DNA of 36,829 nt from the NCBI GenBank assembly GCA_044370205.1, contig JBILVW010000002.1, forward strand, positions 1 through 36,829, given 5' to 3'. This DNA comes from Pirellulales bacterium (GTDB taxonomy: Bacteria; Planctomycetota; Planctomycetia; Pirellulales; UBA1268). This document shows positions 8,790 to 16,837 of this stretch, piece by piece. The position numbers were made by a program, and so were the translations under genes. Positions within the stretch are counted from its first letter, which is position 1; each line of letters opens with the position of its first letter. The notes beneath the pieces were generated by a model. That model saw nothing but the letters and a program-made list of their open reading frames with translations, was not told the DNA's origin and did not search any database.

Positions 8790-10262
8790 TCAGGTGGTCT
8801 GGGGCACGGCGAACAGGGCGAACTCGAGCACCGCGGGATTCCCCTTGTGCGTGACTTCGATGCGCCGGTTTCCGACAAGGGCATCGCGATTGAGCAAGAG
8901 CGTCTCCCGCAGCCGGATCGCCAGGGATTGCGTGTCGCGCACGTCGTTCCAGGCGACGTTTTCCCGGCCGATCTGGTAGTAGAGCCAGCCGCCTTTGTCG
9001 GGTAGCGCCCGCGGCGGCCGATCGAGGGGCAGCAACTGCAGGCCCGGCACGCCCATGCGGAAGAGATGGTCCACCTGCCGCGCACTGCCGAGCTTCCAAT
9101 CGAGTTGCGTGTTGCCGCTCAGGAGGCTGCGGCAGTCTTCCTCCGGGATCTCGCCCCGCAGCACCCCCACGTACCACCGCCAATCGGACTGGAGCCACTT
9201 CGGCTCGAGGGTCACTCCCAGCGATGCGGGCCCGACGCCGGTGAAGTAGCGTTGCTCGTAGGAGAGCGCCGCGACCCGCGACAGCATCCGCTCGATGCGG
9301 TCCTGCACCTCGCGAAAGATCGGCGCGAGGTCGTCGTGATCGTAGACCGGCAGCTCCGGCATCCGGCGCTCGGGCTCGAAGATCGCCAACTGGCCGGCCA
9401 CCCGGCACAGCTCCGTATAGGCCGTGCGCGGATGCACACCGGCCGCGAAGGCGATCGTCCGCAGCGCGGCGTGCGACTCGAGCACCTTCGACAGCATCAC
9501 GAGCCGGTCGAGATCCCCGGGCTCGCTGCTGGAAAATCCGACCTGTCGGCTCACCGCCTGCTCGGCCAGCACCTCCAGCTTGCGACCGAGCAGATCGTAG
9601 ATTGAACGCACGACGCCCCGGCCCAGCGGCTCCCAGGCATCGACCGCCAACGCGGGAGGAAAATAGTCGGGGTCGATCTCGGGCGCCGCCTCACGATTGC
9701 CGGTGCGGCGGATCTGGGCGATGGGCAGCACTTCGAAGCCGGACAGATCCTGGTTGGAGATGAGCAGCCTGACATTCAGCCGCCGAAACTCGATCTCCTG
9801 GTCGTTGCCCCCGCCCGTCTCGTCCTGCAGACTCTGACGCATCGCGGCGTACCGCACGCGGTCGCCAGCCGCCGGTGGCGCGACGTTGGCGCCGCCCGGA
9901 TCGAGTCGCGGCACCGCCAGATAGACGCGGACGGTATCGTCCACGGCCAGCGCGTCGTCGAGCGCCGCATGCAATTTGGAGAACGTGCCCACGGCACGCT
10001 CGAGACTGACGCGATCGGGCCCCTCCCCCGGCTCGAGCCAGACGATCGTGCCGTCACGGAGGATGGCCCGGCACGCGGAGATCTGAATCTGACGATTGGC
10101 CAGGGCAGTGGGATCGAGTTCCAGCTTCACGATCCCGTAGCCGGACGGGTCGGCGGCCGCCTGCCGCAGCGCGGCCTGTTCGGCCCAGTGACGATCGCTC
10201 GCCTGGAAGTGGTGCGGGCGGAGGAACATGCCCTCCGACCAGTGAACGGGTAGGTATCGCAT
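8790..10262 (-). CDS. tssK: T6SS baseplate protein TssK, 490 aa
   Basis: MRYLPVHWSEGMFLRPHHFQASDRH... is the hallmark TssK N-terminus. I trimmed the track ORF (to 10436) to the ATG at 10260-10262. Confidence 0.92.
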   Translation of the reverse strand: MRYLPVHWSEGMFLRPHHFQASDRHWAEQAALRQAAADPSGYGIVKLELDPTALANRQIQISACRAILRDGTIVWLEPGEGPDRVSLERAVGTFSKLHAALDDALAVDDTVRVYLAVPRLDPGGANVAPPAAGDRVRYAAMRQSLQDETGGGNDQEIEFRRLNVRLLISNQDLSGFEVLPIAQIRRTGNREAAPEIDPDYFPPALAVDAWEPLGRGVVRSIYDLLGRKLEVLAEQAVSRQVGFSSSEPGDLDRLVMLSKVLESHAALRTIAFAAGVHPRTAYTELCRVAGQLAIFEPERRMPELPVYDHDDLAPIFREVQDRIERMLSRVAALSYEQRYFTGVGPASLGVTLEPKWLQSDWRWYVGVLRGEIPEEDCRSLLSGNTQLDWKLGSARQVDHLFRMGVPGLQLLPLDRPPRALPDKGGWLYYQIGRENVAWNDVRDTQSLAIRLRETLLLNRDALVGNRRIEVTHKGNPAVLEFALFAVPQTT

Positions 10263-10351
10263 ACCGTGCGCACCGTGCTGAGCCTGGCGTCGCAACCCGA
10301 CGGCCGAGGAAGTGACGGCCTGAGAGCCGTAGAAATCCAGTTTGCAGGCCC

Positions 10352-10370
10352 CCCACAGTAAACCCACAGT
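10352..10370. promoter_or_regulatory. Tandem direct repeat CCCACAGT-N3-CCCACAGT (11-bp phasing) in the tssK / giant-protein divergent control region
   Basis: Exact 8-mers at 10352-10359 and 10363-10370. They lie about 90-108 bp upstream of the tssK ATG and about 160 bp upstream of the plus-strand ATG at 10528. Confidence 0.3.
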
Positions 10371-10460
10371 CGCCCCCGGTAAAGGGGCCACTGCCGAGGG
10401 TGTGTCTCCCTTGACAGATGCCACGCCCCGTCCCAAAACACGGTTTCTCTCGCTCGTGTC

Positions 10461-10481
10461 GCGTCAGGGGAGTCCTGACGC
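10461..10481 (+). promoter_or_regulatory. Perfect 8-bp stem / 5-nt loop hairpin in the likely 5' leader of the first giant gene
   Basis: GCGTCAGG (10461-10468), loop GGAGT, then CCTGACGC (10474-10481). It ends 47 nt upstream of the ATG at 10528. A perfect TTGACA hexamer lies at 10411-10416, but it has no convincing -10 element. Confidence 0.3.
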
Positions 10482-10527
10482 CGATTCAGCCGGCGGCCCG
10501 ACCGGGAGCCGGCCATGGAGTTCCGGC

Positions 10528-13500
10528 ATGCAGAAGCCTTCCGGTTCCTCGCGCGGTTCTCGCCCCGGGGAACGTCGGACTCGCTGGAAAGCGAACCCGG
10601 CTCCTGTAGCCGGCCCGCGCTCGCGACTTCCAGCGAGGCTTGCCTGGACCGCCGCGAGCATCGGCCTGATCGCGGCCGTGGGGATGCTCGTTGTTCCGCC
10701 GCTGTTCATGTGGCACGCGGCCGTCGTCCAACTCACCATCGACGAGTACGACCTGGGCGTGCTTTCGGCCCTGCCGTTCAGCGACCGCGACACCGACGCC
10801 GTCGCCGCGGCAGTCGCCGGGCGGCTGGCGCCGACGATGAATCGGTCCGCCCTGCGGCTCGAGCGGAGTGATACGGCGGCGGCGCTCCGCGAACAGCTGC
10901 GACCTCTCGTCGGCGCGCTGCCGCTGCGGCCCCGGGATGTGCTCGTGGCCGTCGTGCGTGCCCAGTGCGGGATCGCCGGTGCGGCCGACGGCGCTCCGTT
11001 TGCCGGTGTGTTCGCCAGCGACGCTCGGCCTGCCGACCCACTGCCCGAGGAACTGGTCGCATGTCGCGACCTCTTCGCCGCATTCGCCGCCGCGCCCAGC
11101 CGCACCACGCTCGTCGCCGTCGACTTCGGTGATCTGCGGTGGGATCCCCGGCTGGCAGCCGCCGGCGGCATCGTGCCCGCCTTGCTCGACGTGGAGTGCC
11201 GGCGTCCGCTCGCCGAGGATGCGGCCGGCGGCCGGCGTGACCGCGACTGCTGGGTGCTGGGCTCGCACGACACGCTCGAGTTTTCGGCGGTCAATCTGGC
11301 CGCCCGACGCAGTCTCTTTTCGCGGGCGATCGAACTTGCGCTCGCCGGCGCCGCCGACGACCCCCGGTGGGCCGCGGCGGGCGGCGATGGCGATGGCGTC
11401 GTCGAACTCGACGAACTGGCACGATTCACGGCGGCGTGGACGAGCCGCTGGGCGCGGGAGGAAAGCGCCGGCGAGTGGGATCAGCGCCCCGTGCTGTGGA
11501 AGCTCGGCACGGGCCGCGTGCCGCTCGACCAGGTGCCGCCCGGCATCGCCATCATTCGCACCACCGACCGGCGGCCACCGGTCGTGGCGATCGTCGGCAG
11601 CGAAGGGCAGGCCGAGGCGGACCGCGCGGCCGCCGAACCGGCCGCACAGTCCGCGTCAGGTGAGCCGGCGGCGGCTCCTGCCGAGGCAGCCCCGGCCACG
11701 TCGACTCAGCCCACGCCCCAGCCACAGGTCGTGCAGCCCGATGTGCGCGCGATCATCGCTCGACTCGCCGCCGCATCCGAGTCGGAGCCGAGCCCGCTCG
11801 ATTCCATTCCGCATCTCTGGCGAGACGTCGATTCCCTCTCCGCGGCGGTGTCGGCCACGGTGCCGGATGGATCGACGCTGGCCGAGCGCGCCGCACTCCT
11901 CGACCGTCGGCTCGGGATTGGTCTCGATCGGTTCGTGGCCGGGGCCGCCAGTGCCGGTGATGGCGCGGCCGAGGTCACGAAACAGCTCGTGGCGGCCTCG
12001 CGCGCGGTGAGTGCCGCAGGCTTTTCAGCAGCCTGGCGAAATGCGCCGCCCCCGGTGCGGGCAGCACTCGCCTCCCGCAACCGCGCGGTCGAGCTGGCCT
12101 GGTCGACGGCGACGTGGCTCGGGCAGGCTTCGGGCGGTACGCGGGCCTCGACGCATCTGCGAGGCCTGAACCTGCTGCTCGAACGGATCAGGGCGCTGAA
12201 TGCGGCGCTCGACCGCCTGGCCGACCGCCGCGCGGACGGCGACGACGGCTTCGCGGACCTCGACCGCCAGCGAGTCGCCTTGGGGGCGGCCGTCGGCGAA
12301 CTCGCCGCGGCAGTCGATGCCTCGATCGAGGAGTTGCTCGAACGGTTTGCCCGGCCCGGCCCCCGGCCGGTGGCCGAGTTGCGTTGGCTGGCAGCGTCGC
12401 GACTCCCGTCGGCGGCCCAGTTCTCCCGCATCAGCACCGCCCTCGCGCCGCCGGCTCCTCCCGCAACCGGGTCCACTGGTGGGCCGCAAGCAGTCGACCA
12501 GGCGCTGGAATTGAAGGAGCCGGCGCCCGCCGTGCCCGCGAACCGCCTCATCGACCGACTGGCGTGGCGCAACCTCGCGGATCATGCCGATGCGTTTCGG
12601 CTCATGCTGCAGTCGTTCGGACCGCTCGGCCCACAGTTCGAGACACTCGTCGCCGGCGTCGGCACTGCGATCTCTGGATTGACCGCGGCTGCCGAGGATC
12701 CGCCGCGGGCGGCCGACGCGGCGGCAAGGCTCGGCCTGCGGATGGCCGCAGCGCTGGCTGCAGTGCCGGGCGAGATCGATGTGGTGACTCGGAGCCGGTC
12801 AGGCGCGGCCGGCGACCCGTCCCGCATGATCGATGCCTTGACGCGGCTTGCCGATCCGCGTGACGCCACGCGCATCCGCCCTGATGCCCGCGGCTGGGCT
12901 CCGGCTGTCCGCCCCCAGACCGTGCTCGCGCTCAACGTGACGGCCCGCGAGCTCACACTCGACGGCGACCGCCCGCAACGGGTCGCAGTGGCACTCGCAT
13001 CGGCCGCTCCGTTCCCGCCGGCCGCAGCCCTGCGGCTGGACTTCGATCCTGCGCTCATCCGAGTGGTGGCCGTCGGTGGCGACTCGATCACTCCGGGCAC
13101 GGCGTTCTCCCCCGGGGCCCTGGGCATGCGCGATCGCGGCCTGTTCGACGTCACGGCGCGCGGTCGGGCAGCGGGTGGCGCAGACGGTGGCCCCCCGACG
13201 GCCACGCTCACCTGCACACTCGAGGTCGGCCGACGCCGCGAACGAGCCTCGATCACGTTCGATCTGCCCGTTGTCGAGCGGATAGCGATCGCCGTCCGCG
13301 GACCGGCAGGCACGGTCGAAAAAGGTGTGCCCGATGCGTGGCTGACCATGCCGCTCGATCCGCTGACCACCGGCAGCGCGGAAGGGAACCGCAGCATCTC
13401 GCTTCGTCCGTTCCCGGGGCACACGACGGGCTGGGAGCTTTCGCTCGTGAACCGGACGAAACACGCTCGGCGGGTGAGCATCGAATTGGTTTCCTTCGCC

Positions 13501-15276
13501 CCGGATCCCGCAACTGGAGACCCCGGTTTCGGAGCTGCGGAAGCATGGCCGCGGTGCCGCGAAGCGCTTGCCCAGCGCCGCCGTCTCCCCGCGGAAGCGC
13601 GGGTCGTGGCCGCATGTGCGGCACTCGATTTGCCCGCGTCGGACCGGCATGTCGCCGTGCCGCTGCAGCCGACGACCGCTCCCGCACCGGCGGACGGTGC
13701 CGCGCCGGCGCGGGACACGGCAAAGGAGGCCGGCACGCCGCTCGCTTCGACACTTGCGCTCGTGGTACGGGATCTCGTCGAGCCTCCCGCAGCCGACTCG
13801 CCACCGCCGGCGGCTCCACTCTCTTCGACAACGCCACGCACGTGGGCATGCCGCCTCGACCTCGTGCCCCAGCATCCGCGCCGGTATCTCGACACCGCGG
13901 CGCGATGGTCGAGCGACGACCGCTCGATCGCGATCTCGGTCCGACCTCGCGGCGGCGATACCCGCCTGCTGCCGGCGCTCGGCGCGCGAGCTCAGGCAGC
14001 GCCGCTCGAGGCACGGGTCGCCCGCGACCAGCCGCTCGCGATGCGCAAACTGCAGGCTCTGGTCACTGCCGCACGGCCGGCCGACGAACTGCGGGCCGTC
14101 TGGAACGGCGTGGACGAGGCGTCCGCCTGGCTGGCGGTCGATATCGACGGCTACCCCAGGGCCCGCGTGTTCCGGGTGGAATGCGGTCCGGCAGCCTCGG
14201 GCACCGAGCAGCGGCCCCAGGATGATTGGCGGCATGTCGAACTGCTGAGCCCCCGCCGCGATGACGAAGCGTTTCGGGCGCCTGCGGCCACCATTCCGCT
14301 GGTTCTCGCGGCGGATGGCCCGCCCGATGCGTTCGGCACCGGCGGCGGCAGGATCGAGGTGACCGTGCGGCAGGAAGGGGCGCTCGCGGGAGGCTTGCCC
14401 GACCCGGGCCGAGTGGTCTGGTCGGCGGCCACCGATCGGCAGGCGTCGTACGTTCTCGAACCCGCGGAACCGCCGCTCGCGCTGGCCGTTCGTACGACCG
14501 TCTCCGACTGGAACATCGCACTTACCGACGTGGGCTTCCAGGATGTCGATGTCGTCGTCGAGGCGCGGCTGATGCTGCCTGGGGAGGCGGCCCCGCGATC
14601 CGCCCGACGCACGATCGTGCTCGATGGGTCGCCCCCTCGCCTCATGTCGCCACCACGGGCGGTCGTCCACAAGGGCCGTGAGGCCGAGATCGTTGTCGAG
14701 CCCGAGGACGGCCCCGCGTTCAATTCGCTCGTCGGAGGTCGCCGTGCCGGATCCAGCGGCATCGAGCGGGTCGAGTGGGGCCTCGACGTCAAGGGCAACG
14801 GGGCGCCCGAGAAGTGGGAGGTCGCAACCGGCTTGGGCGGCAGTCGCTTCCGCATCGGAGTGCCCACCGAGGCGCTGTCGCTGGGCCGGCACCGACTTCT
14901 CATGAGGGCCTTCGACCGCGTCGGCTTCGAGAGCCGGGCGGCGAGTTGTGATCTGGAGGTCATCCCACCGCCACCGCCCCCCGCCGAGCCGGAGAAGCCC
15001 AAACCCGAGACGCGGAACGCCATTCATGGCCGTGTCACCCTCGACGGGCAGCCGCAGGGGGGCATCACCGTGGCGATCGAGGGGCCAGGCGCGCCGGGTC
15101 CGACAACCAGCGGTCCGGACGGCAGTTTCTCGTTCTCCGGACTCGATCCGGGCGAGTATCGACTCTCCGTCCGCGAAACGACCGTCCGCAACCGCCTCTA
15201 CTCCGCTGGCCCGGTGTCAGCCGCGGTCACTCCGCCCCCCGCTCAGCCCACGGCGGTCGAACTTCCGCTGAAGTGA
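10528..15276 (+). CDS. Giant (1582 aa) single-pass membrane protein. Architecture: Arg-rich N-tail, TM helix, degenerate caspase-like (Peptidase_C14-like) domain lacking the His/Cys dyad, long Ala-rich helical region, beta-rich region, C-terminal CarboxypepD_reg-like domain.
   Basis: - The ATG at 10528 gives MQKPSGSSRGSRPGERRTRWK... followed by the TM helix AWTAASIGLIAAVGMLVVPPLFMW. The track start at 10342 lies in the control region.
- The post-TM domain aligns by eye with the downstream giant protein and ends in GDGDGVVELDELARF.
- The C-terminus IHGRVTLDGQPQGGITVAIEG...TSGPDGSFSFSGLDPGEYRLSV is a textbook carboxypeptidase-regulatory-like fold motif.
- GC3 is high throughout. Confidence 0.8.
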   Translation: MQKPSGSSRGSRPGERRTRWKANPAPVAGPRSRLPARLAWTAASIGLIAAVGMLVVPPLFMWHAAVVQLTIDEYDLGVLSALPFSDRDTDAVAAAVAGRLAPTMNRSALRLERSDTAAALREQLRPLVGALPLRPRDVLVAVVRAQCGIAGAADGAPFAGVFASDARPADPLPEELVACRDLFAAFAAAPSRTTLVAVDFGDLRWDPRLAAAGGIVPALLDVECRRPLAEDAAGGRRDRDCWVLGSHDTLEFSAVNLAARRSLFSRAIELALAGAADDPRWAAAGGDGDGVVELDELARFTAAWTSRWAREESAGEWDQRPVLWKLGTGRVPLDQVPPGIAIIRTTDRRPPVVAIVGSEGQAEADRAAAEPAAQSASGEPAAAPAEAAPATSTQPTPQPQVVQPDVRAIIARLAAASESEPSPLDSIPHLWRDVDSLSAAVSATVPDGSTLAERAALLDRRLGIGLDRFVAGAASAGDGAAEVTKQLVAASRAVSAAGFSAAWRNAPPPVRAALASRNRAVELAWSTATWLGQASGGTRASTHLRGLNLLLERIRALNAALDRLADRRADGDDGFADLDRQRVALGAAVGELAAAVDASIEELLERFARPGPRPVAELRWLAASRLPSAAQFSRISTALAPPAPPATGSTGGPQAVDQALELKEPAPAVPANRLIDRLAWRNLADHADAFRLMLQSFGPLGPQFETLVAGVGTAISGLTAAAEDPPRAADAAARLGLRMAAALAAVPGEIDVVTRSRSGAAGDPSRMIDALTRLADPRDATRIRPDARGWAPAVRPQTVLALNVTARELTLDGDRPQRVAVALASAAPFPPAAALRLDFDPALIRVVAVGGDSITPGTAFSPGALGMRDRGLFDVTARGRAAGGADGGPPTATLTCTLEVGRRRERASITFDLPVVERIAIAVRGPAGTVEKGVPDAWLTMPLDPLTTGSAEGNRSISLRPFPGHTTGWELSLVNRTKHARRVSIELVSFAPDPATGDPGFGAAEAWPRCREALAQRRRLPAEARVVAACAALDLPASDRHVAVPLQPTTAPAPADGAAPARDTAKEAGTPLASTLALVVRDLVEPPAADSPPPAAPLSSTTPRTWACRLDLVPQHPRRYLDTAARWSSDDRSIAISVRPRGGDTRLLPALGARAQAAPLEARVARDQPLAMRKLQALVTAARPADELRAVWNGVDEASAWLAVDIDGYPRARVFRVECGPAASGTEQRPQDDWRHVELLSPRRDDEAFRAPAATIPLVLAADGPPDAFGTGGGRIEVTVRQEGALAGGLPDPGRVVWSAATDRQASYVLEPAEPPLALAVRTTVSDWNIALTDVGFQDVDVVVEARLMLPGEAAPRSARRTIVLDGSPPRLMSPPRAVVHKGREAEIVVEPEDGPAFNSLVGGRRAGSSGIERVEWGLDVKGNGAPEKWEVATGLGGSRFRIGVPTEALSLGRHRLLMRAFDRVGFESRAASCDLEVIPPPPPPAEPEKPKPETRNAIHGRVTLDGQPQGGITVAIEGPGAPGPTTSGPDGSFSFSGLDPGEYRLSVRETTVRNRLYSAGPVSAAVTPPPAQPTAVELPLK

Positions 15277-15519
15277 CGGCGCAGCAGCCGAAATTCTCCA
15301 GTGGCACGGCAGGCGGGGCGCTCAATCCGCTCCAGCCGCTACACATTCCCCACGACACCCCACGAAAGAGTGGGTTTCTCCCGTAGAATTCCTCAGATTC
15401 CGCGAGGGACGTCGGGAATGGGGGTCGATGACTCTCGCGAGGGGGTCACGGACGTCCCGGCACCCGCTCCGTGTCGTTTCGCAACCACAGGCTTCGTTCC
15501 GCTTACGAGGATCTCGATC

Positions 15520-16791
15520 ATGGACCGTTCTCTCCGCCGCTTTGTGTCAGCGGCGGCCTTCGGCTGTCTCTTACTGCCATCGGCCGCTGCGTTTGCTCAG
15601 GCGCCCGCGGCCCCGCCGCAGACGTTCTGGAACTGGATGGGGGTTCCCAAGAATCCGCTCGCGGGCTGCATCAATCGGGGGGGCAACTTCCCCACCTGCG
15701 AGAAGGTGCCGCCGCTGAAGGCGATCGCCGACCCGGCGAATCTGGCCTCGAAGAACCCCGCCATCAAAAAGGCGGCCGAAATCAAGGCCGAGGAGGATCT
15801 CGCCGCGCAGAAGATCAAGGCGATCAAGTACCTCGCAGAAATCGGCTGCGGCGGCTGCTATCCGGGTGTTGCCGAGGCCCTGGCGGCGGCGCTCGATGAC
15901 TGCACCGAGGCGGTGCGATACGAGGCCGTAAAAGCGATCCTGGCGGCGTCTGCATGCGGCCAGAACGACTGCGTGAAGAAGTGCGTCCGCAAGTCGAAGA
16001 CGTGCAAGGAGGCGATGTGCGATTCATGGATGGGCTGCATGAAGCGGACGTGTGCCACCATGCATCTCATGTGCGGCAAGCCCGGTCCCGATGGCGTGAC
16101 TCTGAAGTCGAAACTTCCCGGCTACGGCTGCGGCGCGGGTGGCTCCTGCCAGCCCGGCCGCTGCGCATGCGGCGACGGCAACTGCTGCACGTCACAAATC
16201 CTCAACAAGCTCTCCACGATGGCCTTCGAGAAGGACGATCGGGGCTGCTGGAAGGAGCCGAGTCCCCGCGTGCGGGCGATGGCCCGGCAGGCGTTGCGGG
16301 CCTGCGGACCGAACGTGCGTCCCTACACGGAGGCGCCGGTTCCCATGCCCGAGGAAGTGCCCGCCACGCCCGATGCGGACACGAAGCCCGAGCCCAAGGA
16401 GCAGGCCCCCGAGCCGAAGCGGGAAACCGCCCCTGAAAACCGTGAGGCAGCTCCCGGTTCGTCCGCCACCTCGGTGCTCCCGCCCGAGACCGAGTCGGCC
16501 GACGTCGCGGTGCCGGAGGCCGTCGCGACGCTGCCCGAGGCCGAATCTGTCGATCCCGTTGTCGCGGATCCGGTGATCGCCGAAGACGTGGTCGCCGACA
16601 CTACCACCACGGAAGCCGCGGCTGCCCCGGTGGCTCCGGCTCCGGAAGATCTGTTCCCGACGCCGACGGTCGCGGCGCCGCAGACGATTCGTCCGGCCGC
16701 TACGAAGCCGGTGCGGCCGCGCATGGCCCGGCGCGGTGTGGTCATCCCGACCGCTGCGTTCTTCTCGGGCGATCGCCCGGCGAGCCGCTGA
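15520..16791 (+). CDS. Secreted Cys-rich protein with a HEAT-like repeat segment and an acidic Pro/Glu/Ala-rich C-terminal tail, 423 aa
   Basis: - The ATG at 15520 has AGGA about 10 nt upstream.
- Signal peptide MDRSLRRFVSAAAFGCLLLPSAAAFA/QAP.
- HEAT-like segment KIKAIKYLAEIGCGGCYPGVAEALAAALDDCTEAVRYEAVKAIL.
- About 21 Cys in roughly 240 residues of the mature part (CGGC, CxxxC and NCC clusters).
- Low-complexity tail PEEVPATPDADTKPEPKEQAPEPKRETAPE... Confidence 0.8.
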   Translation: MDRSLRRFVSAAAFGCLLLPSAAAFAQAPAAPPQTFWNWMGVPKNPLAGCINRGGNFPTCEKVPPLKAIADPANLASKNPAIKKAAEIKAEEDLAAQKIKAIKYLAEIGCGGCYPGVAEALAAALDDCTEAVRYEAVKAILAASACGQNDCVKKCVRKSKTCKEAMCDSWMGCMKRTCATMHLMCGKPGPDGVTLKSKLPGYGCGAGGSCQPGRCACGDGNCCTSQILNKLSTMAFEKDDRGCWKEPSPRVRAMARQALRACGPNVRPYTEAPVPMPEEVPATPDADTKPEPKEQAPEPKRETAPENREAAPGSSATSVLPPETESADVAVPEAVATLPEAESVDPVVADPVIAEDVVADTTTTEAAAAPVAPAPEDLFPTPTVAAPQTIRPAATKPVRPRMARRGVVIPTAAFFSGDRPASR

Positions 16792-16837
16792 AGCCCAATG
16801 CGGAGGGATCGCCCTCTCCGAGGGTGGTCCCTCCGTC

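Noticed and set aside
12799-15027. 742-aa minus-strand ORF, together with 12582..13895, 10464..11429, 17720..19603 and 19054..20283, inside the giant genes
   Set aside because: These are shadow frames of the long plus-strand genes. They have no recognisable motifs and an extreme Arg/Gly/Pro composition, whereas the plus frames carry TM, caspase-like, vWA and CarboxypepD_reg signatures.
15302-15316. TGGCAC hexamer upstream of the Cys-rich gene, considered as a sigma-54 (-24/-12) promoter because T6SS loci are often sigma-54 dependent
   Set aside because: With GG at 15303-15304, the -12 GC should fall at 15315-15316, which reads GG. The nearest GC is 2 nt out of register and there is no TTGC element.
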